From positions 3,104,001 to 3,168,000 of the forward strand of contig OZ242358.1 of NCBI GenBank assembly GCA_965208835.1: a DNA stretch of 64,000 nt, given 5' to 3'. Shown here piece by piece: positions 16,364-24,967 of the stretch. The notes under the pieces are model-generated. The model was not told the origin of the DNA and searched no databases. It saw only the letters and a program-made list of their open reading frames with translations. Position numbers and translations under genes: made by a program. The stretch is from Candidatus Latescibacterota bacterium (GTDB lineage Bacteria; Latescibacterota; UBA2968; GCA-2709665). Positions within the stretch are counted from its first letter, which is position 1, and each line of letters opens with the position of its first letter.

Positions 16364-18472
16364 CTACATGACGCCGTACCAGCCGTACTGTTCTTCGGGA
16401 ACGAGCACGAAATTGGACCGCGCCGCGGGATACCAGGTAGCCGGATTCCGCTCCCGATGTTCGTCCACGGCCCGCACTTCCACAAAGTACATCCGGTTGG
16501 CCTCCGGCACCTTCCAGACTATCGACGTGTCCCCCGTCGTTTCCGCCATGACTTCCTCACGACACGCCCGATCCGAAAAAACCCGCACGTCGTACTCGAT
16601 CCTGCCGCCGCCCATCTTTATCGACCGAGCCCAGTTCAAACGGACCTCCCGCCGGCCAACCCGCTGCGCCGGCAGAGGAAGTGGAAACGTGGGGGGATGC
16701 GCCTTTTCAGCCCCCAGATAGTACGAGTAATACGGCTCCGACCCCCAGATGCCGAATACGTATCCCAGAATCCAGAACCCGTCTTCGCTCTCGAGCAATT
16801 CGGGATCGTACGCGAAACACTCCTGGGCGAAGCCATCGGCGAAATAGACATCCGCCTTCAGTTCGGCCACGGACAACACGCGTCCTCCCTTGTGCGGCTG
16901 ATTGACGCCGAAAAACAGCGCGTCGACGATATGATCGCTACCGTCGTACGTGGCCTCCGCAACAACGTGGTGGGAGAGACCCACTGTGCGGACGGGAATG
17001 CCCACCGCTTTAAGAATCGCCACCGTGACCCCAACGCCCTGCCCGCATCGCGCATCGTGTCCCTCCAGTATGGCCACCGGGTCCTGTGTCTCCGGAATCT
17101 GGACGGGATTGTAGTAAAGCGCCCGATTCACGTACCCCGCAACCGCTTTGACCGCCTCCGCGTCCGAAGTCACCCCGCTTGTAATGGTCTCCGCAAGGTG
17201 CCCGAGGTACTCCGACCGATCGGTCCTGGCGGCACGGCGGATCAGTTCGGCCTCCATGCCGGGCGGATATTCCGTTGCGGGACCCTCCATATTCACGATG
17301 GGGGGCGTCCATGGCATATGCGGCAGAAAAAGCGACCTCTCCGCACTGTACGTGCGGCGGTACCGGTTCAGGTGCGCTCCTTTGTCGAATGTCGTGTCAG
17401 GGGTGTTGAAACCCGGTTCCTGCTCTGCCGGTTCGCTCTGCAGAACAATCCAGGACCCGTGAATCTCACCCAGTTCCCCGGGTTGAGCATAAGGTATGGT
17501 CGTGCCCGTAATGGCGAACCGCTCGCCGTCCGTCCAGTGATAGCACAGCAGCGGGACACCGTCCGGCTGCTCCGGCGAGATCAGGTAGTCGAAGGTCCCC
17601 GCATCCGGGTCGAATACCAGAAAGCGGTCCAGGAACCGAGGCGGATTTCCATCTATCGTCAGCGGGCCGTCCGGGATGACAATCCGGCCTGTCTCCGGGT
17701 CCAGCCGGCTCGGATGCATATACGTGCTCAGGCAGATGTACGCGCGCCCCCGATAACCGAACCCTGCCCCCATGAATCCGTAGATCTCTCCGTGATCCGG
17801 GGTCGCAATCGGCTCTTCCCAGCGGCCGCGATCCGGTTCCAGAGGCAGGACCCGGCCCTCTGCCGTATCCCACAGATAGAGCATGCCGCGATGCATTAGG
17901 TGCCCCGCCAGGGCGGCCTCCGGGTAGGGGCCTGGACGCTCGTCCAGGAATTCTTCGGTGCGGGGATCAAACCGGATGATCCGGGAAGGGTCGCACACCG
18001 GCGAGTAGACGATCCCGTCAACGGACCAGCCGCCTGCAAGCTGGCCGTCGAACGGACAGTCCACCGCACGCGGTTCGGCCAGCGGATGGTCCAGAACCAG
18101 AACACGGGATTGCGAACGTTCGAATAGCAGCACCTTTCCGCACGGCGTCTTGAGGCCGTACCAGACGATGGGCCGGGCCCCCGGGATTGTTCGTCTTTCA
18201 CAGGTGCGCCGCACGGGGTCGAAAACCAGGTAGTACGGCGCGTCTCCCAGGGTGAGTACCAGCTTTTCTTCCCAGGAGATGGCCTGTATGATCGTTCGAC
18301 CCGCCATGTCGGGCACCGGAATCTGAACCGTCTCCGCCGTACGTAAATTATGACCTGTCAATCGGTTGCGTCCACAACCTTCCCACAGCCAATCCGATCC
18401 GTCAACGTCAATTCCGAACGGCCTTCCTGTTTGAATCTCGTCGTGCCTGTACATCCACACCTGATTTTCCAT
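16364..18472 (-). CDS. Hypothetical protein: beta-propeller-like N-terminus, transglutaminase-like core, FN3-like C-terminus
   Basis: ARCGQG...HHVVAEATYDG..HIVDA Cys-His-Asp pattern; VRLNW...YDVRV...YFVEVRAVD FN3-like tail. Confidence 0.65.
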   Translation of the reverse strand: MENQVWMYRHDEIQTGRPFGIDVDGSDWLWEGCGRNRLTGHNLRTAETVQIPVPDMAGRTIIQAISWEEKLVLTLGDAPYYLVFDPVRRTCERRTIPGARPIVWYGLKTPCGKVLLFERSQSRVLVLDHPLAEPRAVDCPFDGQLAGGWSVDGIVYSPVCDPSRIIRFDPRTEEFLDERPGPYPEAALAGHLMHRGMLYLWDTAEGRVLPLEPDRGRWEEPIATPDHGEIYGFMGAGFGYRGRAYICLSTYMHPSRLDPETGRIVIPDGPLTIDGNPPRFLDRFLVFDPDAGTFDYLISPEQPDGVPLLCYHWTDGERFAITGTTIPYAQPGELGEIHGSWIVLQSEPAEQEPGFNTPDTTFDKGAHLNRYRRTYSAERSLFLPHMPWTPPIVNMEGPATEYPPGMEAELIRRAARTDRSEYLGHLAETITSGVTSDAEAVKAVAGYVNRALYYNPVQIPETQDPVAILEGHDARCGQGVGVTVAILKAVGIPVRTVGLSHHVVAEATYDGSDHIVDALFFGVNQPHKGGRVLSVAELKADVYFADGFAQECFAYDPELLESEDGFWILGYVFGIWGSEPYYSYYLGAEKAHPPTFPLPLPAQRVGRREVRLNWARSIKMGGGRIEYDVRVFSDRACREEVMAETTGDTSIVWKVPEANRMYFVEVRAVDEHRERNPATWYPAARSNFVLVPEEQYGWYGVM

Positions 18473-18549
18473 CTTATTTTCCTCGTTGGCGTCGGGTACC
18501 CTTTTGAAAAGCGGAATGTGCGCCTTCCCGCGGGACCCACCGGACTTGA

Positions 18550-18696
18550 CAGCCCGCTGAAAAAGCCCATCCGGGCTGCGGCCGGCCCTTGCGGTCGAAA
18601 TTCTGCGTTGCGCGCCCTCGCCGAATCGCAGGATGGGACTCGGTCGCGCGCCTTGTCTTCGTCTACAATGGTTCGAGCGACTCTATCAGCGGACTG
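18550..18696. mobile_element. MITE family B copy (147 bp)
   Basis: TIR CAGCCCGCTGAAAAAG / CTCTATCAGCGGACTG; near-identical to 55205-55364. Confidence 0.82.
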
Positions 18697-18767
18697 ATAA
18701 ACCGATTGACAAATCAAAAGTACTCACTAACTTATGCCGATGTTGCGAATTGCGTCAACTTCCGCTC

Positions 18768-18930
18768 GTGTTCTGTCCCGGAAATAAGTTGCCTGAATTC
18801 GACCGCCGAGTCGCTCGGCTCGCAAGGCGCCTGAGCGCAGGCGACCTGCGTAAGGTCGGCGAGCGAGGGGAACGTAGCGAGACGGGATGAATCAGCGGTC
18901 GAATGGTGAGGAATTTTCGGGACAGGACAC
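18768..18930. mobile_element. MITE family C (163 bp, IS630-like ends)
   Basis: TIR GTGTTCTGTCCCGGAAAT / ATTTTCGGGACAGGACAC followed by TAG; left end repeated at 63734-63775. Confidence 0.7.
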
Positions 18931-18964
18931 TAGACGCTGACATCTCACATCAGCGAGGCTCCCT

Positions 18965-19657
18965 ATGGGTGTGATTACCGTCTCAAGAGAATATGGCAGC
19001 GACGGTCGATCGGTCGCTCAGAACGCAGCTGATCTGTTGGGTTATCTCTGCATGAACAAAGACCTGCTGGTGGAAGTGGCCAACGAAGCCCAGGTCCCGG
19101 TCTCAGAAGCCGAACGCTTCGACGAGCGGCCCGAACATCCCGCCATGCGTGTGCTACGAAAGTTCCTCACACCGGGGCATCCGGAAGCCATCACCGGCCT
19201 TTCGGAGTACGAATGGTGGGCGACCGCCACGGTGCCCGAGCTGACGGGACGAAGCGATACCGGTCTGCCCTTTCCGGACGAGGAGGCCTTCGTCAATATT
19301 ACGCGTGAAGTCATAACCCGTCTTGCCGATCGGGACAACGTGATCCTGGTGGGCCGGGGCGGGCAGATGCTGCTGAGAGATCGGCCGGACACGCTGCACC
19401 TGCGGGTGGTCGCCCCGTTCGATTATCGGATTCAGGTGGTTATGGAACGGGATGACCTGGAATCCGACGCTGCTGCGAAACGCATCCGCAAGATGGACGA
19501 ATACCGGAAACGCTATCTCAAGCGACACTACGGAATCGCGTGGAATGCCTCCGAGAACTACCACCTGACGCTGAATACCAGACAGACCGGTATCGATGGC
19601 GCCGCCAGTATCGTCGCCGAAGCCATGCGGTATACGATGAAGGCGAGACGAAACTGA
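18965..19657 (+). CDS. Cytidylate kinase-like family protein
   Basis: VITVSREYGSDG, VILVGRGG, D..RKRY...Y, YHLTLNT. Confidence 0.88.
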   Translation: MGVITVSREYGSDGRSVAQNAADLLGYLCMNKDLLVEVANEAQVPVSEAERFDERPEHPAMRVLRKFLTPGHPEAITGLSEYEWWATATVPELTGRSDTGLPFPDEEAFVNITREVITRLADRDNVILVGRGGQMLLRDRPDTLHLRVVAPFDYRIQVVMERDDLESDAAAKRIRKMDEYRKRYLKRHYGIAWNASENYHLTLNTRQTGIDGAASIVAEAMRYTMKARRN

Positions 19658-19690
19658 CGGCACGCGGTCGGGACGCACCGCAGTACGCAC

Positions 19691-19723
19691 AAAGATGCCC
19701 CGGGGATCCCTCCGGGGCGTTTT
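19691..19723. terminator. Probable bidirectional rho-independent terminator
   Basis: GCCCCGG...CCGGGGC hairpin flanked by AAAG and GTTTT, between convergent genes. Confidence 0.6.
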
Positions 19724-19746
19724 GCTGTCTGTTCTACTCCGGTCGT

Positions 19747-20187
19747 CTATTCTGCTTCTTTGAGCATATCCACCAGCATGTCCAGCGCCGCGATATATCC
19801 CCTCCACTTGAATCCGGCAACCTGCCCCACCACGATCGCCGAAAAGCAGGATTGACTCCGGAAGGCTTCTCTCGCGTGGATATTGGACAGATGCACCTCC
19901 ACCGTCGGCAGCCGGCTGTCTTCGACGGCGTCCCGCAGCGAGTAGCCGAACCCCGTGAGCCCGCCCGGATTGACGATGATACCCTTGACGCGGTCCCGTG
20001 CCTCGTGGACCTTGTCGACGAGAGCGCCTTCGTGATTGGACTGCAGAAATTCCAGCTCGCAGCCCAACGCGCGCGCGCGTTCCTCGAGCCTGGCGTGGAT
20101 CTCGTCCATCGTAACAAGCCCGTAGTGGTCCGCCTTCCGCTTCCCGAGCATATTCAGGTTGGGTCCCTGGAGCACGAGTATTTTCAT
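19747..20187 (-). CDS. aroQ: Type II 3-dehydroquinate dehydratase
   Basis: LQGPNLNMLG, QSNHEG, EVHLSNIHAREAFR. Confidence 0.96.
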   Translation of the reverse strand: MKILVLQGPNLNMLGKRKADHYGLVTMDEIHARLEERARALGCELEFLQSNHEGALVDKVHEARDRVKGIIVNPGGLTGFGYSLRDAVEDSRLPTVEVHLSNIHAREAFRSQSCFSAIVVGQVAGFKWRGYIAALDMLVDMLKEAE

Positions 20188-20308
20188 GTCGTCTTCTCCG
20201 TTTCCAGACCGAAACGCCGCTTCTTCGTGTACGTTCGCCGTTCACGGAACAGAGACCGCCAGACCGTCCCCGCCGCAAAGGACGCCGTCAATTCAGAATC
20301 CGTTTCGA

Positions 20309-21388
20309 CTAGAGATATCCCGCGCGGTCATCCCGCAATGCCGCGACCACGTCTCTCACGCGCTGCGCCCGGTCGCGCCGACAGATCAGCAGCGCGTCGG
20401 GCGTATCGACGACGACCAGACCCTCCACGTCCGCAAGGGCGATCAGCTTACCCTCGACGCCGTAGACCGTGTTGTCCCGCGAATTCAGATTCAACACCTC
20501 GCCGGAGACCAGATTGCCATGCGAGTCCACGGGAAGGATGTCCGTCAGGGCGCCCCAACTGCCGATATCGCTCCATTCGATATCCGCTTCCAGGGTGGCC
20601 ACTTCAGGCGCTCGTTCAATAATGGCATTGTCAATGGCCACCTCGGCCATCCGGGGATATTCCCGCTCTATGACCACCCGTTCCGACCCGGTGCCCACCG
20701 CTGCCTGTATGCGCATCAGAATACGGTGGAGTTCCGGCTCGAACTGCTCGAATAACGCCAAGACCGTACGCGCCTTCCAGACGAACATGTTGCTGTTCCA
20801 GAGATAGTCGCCGCTCTCCACGTACCGCTTCGCGGTTTGCTCATCGGGTTTTTCCCTGAACCGCGCGACGCTGTACACCGGCTCTCCGTTTATCCGCCTG
20901 GCAACGCTGCCCTTCTGGATGTAGCCGTACCCCGTTTCCACGCGGGTGGGTTTCACTCCAAGTGTAAAAAGGGCTTCGGGATCCTCCTCCGCGGCTTCTC
21001 CGGCCACACGGAGCAGCCGGCAGAATTCATCCGGTTTGCCGATATGGTGGTCGGAACCCAGGCTCGCTACCGTGCATCCGGGGTACCGGCTTTCGAGCAG
21101 CACGCATTCGAGCCCCACGGCCGGTCCGGTATTGCGCAGCGCCGGCTCGACGATCAGTCCGGTCCCGGGCAGTTCCGGGAGCTGTTCCCGAACCAGCGCG
21201 ACCAGTTCGCTACCCGTAGAAACGTGGAGGTCGCGAACGCCTGCCAGCGGCTGGATCCGGTCCACGGCCTCCTGCAGCATGGTGCGTTCACCCACCATCC
21301 TGTGGAACTGCTTTGGCCGCGTCGTACGGCTGTAAGGCCAAAGGCGGGTACCGAAACCGCCGGCCCGAATGACAACTTTCATTTTCAT
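20309..21388 (-). CDS. manC: Mannose-1-phosphate guanylyltransferase
   Basis: AGGFGTRLWPYSR..PKQF, EPALRNTGPA, TGYGYI, FREKP, WSDIGSW; ATGA overlap with the NUDIX gene. Confidence 0.92.
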   Translation of the reverse strand: MKMKVVIRAGGFGTRLWPYSRTTRPKQFHRMVGERTMLQEAVDRIQPLAGVRDLHVSTGSELVALVREQLPELPGTGLIVEPALRNTGPAVGLECVLLESRYPGCTVASLGSDHHIGKPDEFCRLLRVAGEAAEEDPEALFTLGVKPTRVETGYGYIQKGSVARRINGEPVYSVARFREKPDEQTAKRYVESGDYLWNSNMFVWKARTVLALFEQFEPELHRILMRIQAAVGTGSERVVIEREYPRMAEVAIDNAIIERAPEVATLEADIEWSDIGSWGALTDILPVDSHGNLVSGEVLNLNSRDNTVYGVEGKLIALADVEGLVVVDTPDALLICRRDRAQRVRDVVAALRDDRAGYL

Positions 21389-21912
21389 TCCCGCGTTCCC
21401 GGCGAAAACTCCGGAACAGGGCGATTCACCCTCACTGCACGGATGGTGCCGCCGCACGCCGCGTCTTCCACCGCGAGATACAGGCCCGAGAATGCGGATT
21501 CCTCCGCATTCAGGGCCAGATCCAGCGAATATCGGGCGTTTTCAACAAGGTCCAGGTCATCCACGCGATCCAGCTCGACCCACTTCAGCCGGCCTTCGTT
21601 ACACTCAGGCATCGACTCACGGTGGGTATGCCCCGAGAAGAACACCACGGTTGTGACGTCGCCGTCTTCAATCCGGGTCAATACGACGCGGATCTCGAGA
21701 TTCCGGACATCCTCCGCCGGGATGCCGGCTTCCTCGCTCAACTCGCGGAGTGCCGCCGTTTCCAGATCCGACATCTCGCCAGGTTCCACCCGGCCCCCGA
21801 CCCCTGTCCAGCGGCCGGGCGCAAACCTCTTGCGGGACGAACGCTCGAGTAACAAAACACGGTTTTTCCGGAACAGAAAAACCGTCACGTAGACATTCAG
21901 ACCCGCACCCAC
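21385..21912 (-). CDS. NUDIX hydrolase
   Basis: GGRVEPGE...AALRELSEEAG Nudix box. Confidence 0.88.
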   Translation of the reverse strand: MGAGLNVYVTVFLFRKNRVLLLERSSRKRFAPGRWTGVGGRVEPGEMSDLETAALRELSEEAGIPAEDVRNLEIRVVLTRIEDGDVTTVVFFSGHTHRESMPECNEGRLKWVELDRVDDLDLVENARYSLDLALNAEESAFSGLYLAVEDAACGGTIRAVRVNRPVPEFSPGTRE

Positions 21913-21968
21913 TTCAGCCTCTCACGAGTTCGCCGGCCGGAGATAGGAACGTCAGGCCTCACATGATG

Positions 21969-22844
21969 TCAAACCCGCACCTTCGCACCGGATTGCGAGT
22001 TCAACAAAAGTGAATACAGGCTGGCCAGCGTTTTCCGCATTTCGTTGCGCGGCACGATCATGTCGACAAATCCGTGCTCAAGGACCTTTTCGGCGCGTTG
22101 GGCGCGACGGAGCGCCTCCAGCTCCTCCTCGCCCACGGAACTGCCGGTAATCCGCTCGCCCGTAAAGCCGATCAGCGCGTTGGGCTCCGCGATATTGATA
22201 TCGCCGATCAGGGCATAACTGGCGGACACACCGGCCGTTGTGGGATCCGTAAGGATGGAGACGAACAGCAGCCCCTCGTCGGCAAACCGCGCGAGCCTGG
22301 CGTTGATCTTGGCGAGTTGCATCAGCGAGAGCGCGCTTTCCTGCATCCGGGCGCCCCCCGATCGGCAAATCAGGAGAAGCGGAAGACGCTCCGAGACACA
22401 CCGATCGATCAGCCGGCAAAACCGCTCGCCCTCCGCCGAAGACAGCGTACCCATGATGAACGCGGGTTCGTGAATCCCCACACCGATGCGCCGACCATCG
22501 ATCCTTCCGATGCCCACGCTGACCGCCGCGTCCAGGCCCGTGGCCTTGCGACCCTCCCGGATCCGGTCGGCATACCGCTTGCGATCTTCGAAATTCAGCG
22601 GATCGGCGGACTTCACCTCCGTGGCAATCTCCTGGAAGGAGCCTTCATCCAGGATATGGTCCAGATACTCCCTGTATCCAATCCTGAAGTGCGCGCCGCA
22701 GTGGGGACAGATCCCGAACGCCTGCCGTAACTGCTTACTGTAAAGCGTCTGATGGCAACGTTCGCACTTGATCCACAGATTGTCGGGCATCGTCCGCCGC
22801 ACAAGCGTCTGAATACCGGACTTCAAACGATCAAACCAATTCAC
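21969..22844 (-). CDS. accD: Acetyl-CoA carboxylase carboxyltransferase beta subunit
   Basis: LWIKCERC...CPHC zinc ribbon, SGGARMQES, DPTTAGVSASYA, EHGFVDMIV; GTG start inferred. Confidence 0.93.
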   Translation of the reverse strand: MNWFDRLKSGIQTLVRRTMPDNLWIKCERCHQTLYSKQLRQAFGICPHCGAHFRIGYREYLDHILDEGSFQEIATEVKSADPLNFEDRKRYADRIREGRKATGLDAAVSVGIGRIDGRRIGVGIHEPAFIMGTLSSAEGERFCRLIDRCVSERLPLLLICRSGGARMQESALSLMQLAKINARLARFADEGLLFVSILTDPTTAGVSASYALIGDINIAEPNALIGFTGERITGSSVGEEELEALRRAQRAEKVLEHGFVDMIVPRNEMRKTLASLYSLLLNSQSGAKVRV

Positions 22845-23214
22845 GATAACGTTCCCTTTAATATCCGTTGCGACTCCCTCACTTCGTACCGCCCGAACCG
22901 GCTGAGGCGGAACGCGAAATATACCCCCGTCGACGGAATGACACAAGAAAATTAATACATAGCAAGCATTTAGACAGATCCCTCGCCCCGATCTGCGTTT
23001 TCTTACAGGCGCGGATGATGTCCGATTTTACCCTTCTTCACTCCCAGCGTTCACAGCTCGGTCATATAGATTTTCTGTTGACTTGCTTTCGCGAATCTTA
23101 TAGTTTTCCCATCGTCACTCACCGATTGACGTCGCTGAGTCACCGTCCGTTCGGGCGCCCGAAATCTCCTTCACTTCAGGGATATCACATCCACGCCGGA
23201 TTGGAAGCCATCCC

Positions 23215-24099
23215 GTGCTGACAGAAAGCCTGAAGGTCTTTTGTGACCTCATAGAAACCCAGAGCTTCTCCAAGACCGCCCTGCTCAACGACGTCAGCCA
23301 ATCGGCTGTGAGCCAGCAGCTCAAGAGCATCGAGAGGCGACAGGGCCGTCAATTGGTACAGCGGGAGAAGAGACGGCTTTCCCTTACTGCGGAAGGCGAA
23401 ATCTTCTACGGCTATGCACGGGAGATCGTCCGGCGCTTCGATGAAATGCAGCACCGCTTGCAGGCATTGAGCGGCGAGGTTTCCGGCACCGTACGACTTT
23501 CCGCCATTTACAGCGTGGGCATGATGGAACTGGCCCCGTTTCTGAAAACGTACATCAAGACCCATCCCAGAGTCAATCTGCGATTGTCGTATGCTCAGGC
23601 AAGGAGTATCTACGACAATGTGGCAAGCGGCCAGATCGACCTGGGGGTCGTCGCATTTCCCCGCTCTCAGCGTAACGTCGACGCGGTCCCGTTTGCGGAA
23701 GACCGGATGGTGGTGATCTGCTCCGTGTCCAATCCGCTCGGCATGAAGACGCAGGTCAGCCCGGGTGAACTGGCCGAACAACCGCTGATCCTCTTCTCAC
23801 CGGAATTCCCTACGAGGACGGCCGTCGACCGATACTTCAGGAAACACGGCGTGACCCTCCGATCCGTCATGGAACTGGACCACATCGCGACCCTGATCCA
23901 CGCCGTGGAGGTCGATATCGGGATCTCCCTGGTGCCTTCATCCGCATTGCGACAGGGTCGATTCAAGGACACCCTCAGAGCGCTTCCGCTTCGCGGCAAG
24001 CCATTGATACGCACGCTGGGTGTCCTTCAGCGCAAGGGCCGCAGTCACTCCATGGCCACCCGGAAGCTGTATGAAACGCTTACACGCGCCAAACTGTAA
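23215..24099 (+). CDS. LysR family transcriptional regulator
   Basis: SFSKTA....SQSAVSQQLKSIE HTH, LTAEGE, substrate-binding domain. Confidence 0.93.
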   Translation: MLTESLKVFCDLIETQSFSKTALLNDVSQSAVSQQLKSIERRQGRQLVQREKRRLSLTAEGEIFYGYAREIVRRFDEMQHRLQALSGEVSGTVRLSAIYSVGMMELAPFLKTYIKTHPRVNLRLSYAQARSIYDNVASGQIDLGVVAFPRSQRNVDAVPFAEDRMVVICSVSNPLGMKTQVSPGELAEQPLILFSPEFPTRTAVDRYFRKHGVTLRSVMELDHIATLIHAVEVDIGISLVPSSALRQGRFKDTLRALPLRGKPLIRTLGVLQRKGRSHSMATRKLYETLTRAKL

Positions 24100-24261
24100 G
24101 AAGCTGTTTCAAAATTCCCGGCGGTCTTCGCGCGGCTGCAAAAGCGCCGGTCGGCGTTGGTCAAACCCACCCGTATAGACAAATATGGGAGGATTTTCCC
24201 GCCTTGACCGCCGCTTTTTCGCTCGCGCTCGGGAACTCACCGGTAATTTTAAAACAGCTTC
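24100..24261. mobile_element. MITE family A, copy 2
   Basis: TIRs flanked by a TAA/TAA duplication; the left TAA is the lysR stop codon. Confidence 0.88.
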
Positions 24262-24339
24262 TAAACCGCCGCCAAGACCGTCCGTCAAATCAAACAAAAA
24301 CCCCGGGCAACGGCCATATGTCGTAGATGAGGAGCCCTG

Positions 24340-24900
24340 ATGTCACTACCGAGCAGGGATGAAGCCTTCCAGCTGTTATGCGAACACACAAAGAACCCGA
24401 ACCTTGTCAAGCATATGCTGGCAGTCGAAGCGGCAATGCGGGCCTATGCCCGCAAATTCGGGCAGGACGAGGATCTGTGGGGCATAACCGGGCTGCTGCA
24501 CGACTTCGATTACGAAAAACACCCCGGTCCCGATGAACACCCGATGGTTGGCGTCCGCATCCTGACGGAAAAAGGATATCCGCCGGACATCATCCATGCC
24601 ATCAAATCTCACGCCGCCTACCTGGGCGTCCCACGGGAGAGCCTGCTCGACCGGGCCCTTTTCGCCGTGGATGAACTCACAGGATTCATCGTGGCCGTTA
24701 CGCTGATGCAGCCTTCAAGGAAACTGACGGACCTGAAGATTTCGTCCGTACGCAGGAAGATGAAACAGAAAGGTTTCGCGCGGGCGGTCAGCCGGGAGGA
24801 CATTCAAGCGGGGGCAGCGGAACTCGGGGTGGACCTGGACGAACACATCGCTTTCGTGCGGGATGCAATGGCCGGCATCGCCCGCGAACTGGACCTCTAG
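24340..24900 (+). CDS. HD-domain (HDIG-like) metal-dependent phosphohydrolase
   Basis: KHMLAVE, GLLHDFDYE, AVDELTG, KGFARAVSR. Confidence 0.9.
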   Translation: MSLPSRDEAFQLLCEHTKNPNLVKHMLAVEAAMRAYARKFGQDEDLWGITGLLHDFDYEKHPGPDEHPMVGVRILTEKGYPPDIIHAIKSHAAYLGVPRESLLDRALFAVDELTGFIVAVTLMQPSRKLTDLKISSVRRKMKQKGFARAVSREDIQAGAAELGVDLDEHIAFVRDAMAGIARELDL

Positions 24901-24967
24901 ACGGTTTCCGGTATCGCATTTCTTGCCGGACTGCGTTCACGTCGATCCTCACACCGGCGGCGTCTCC

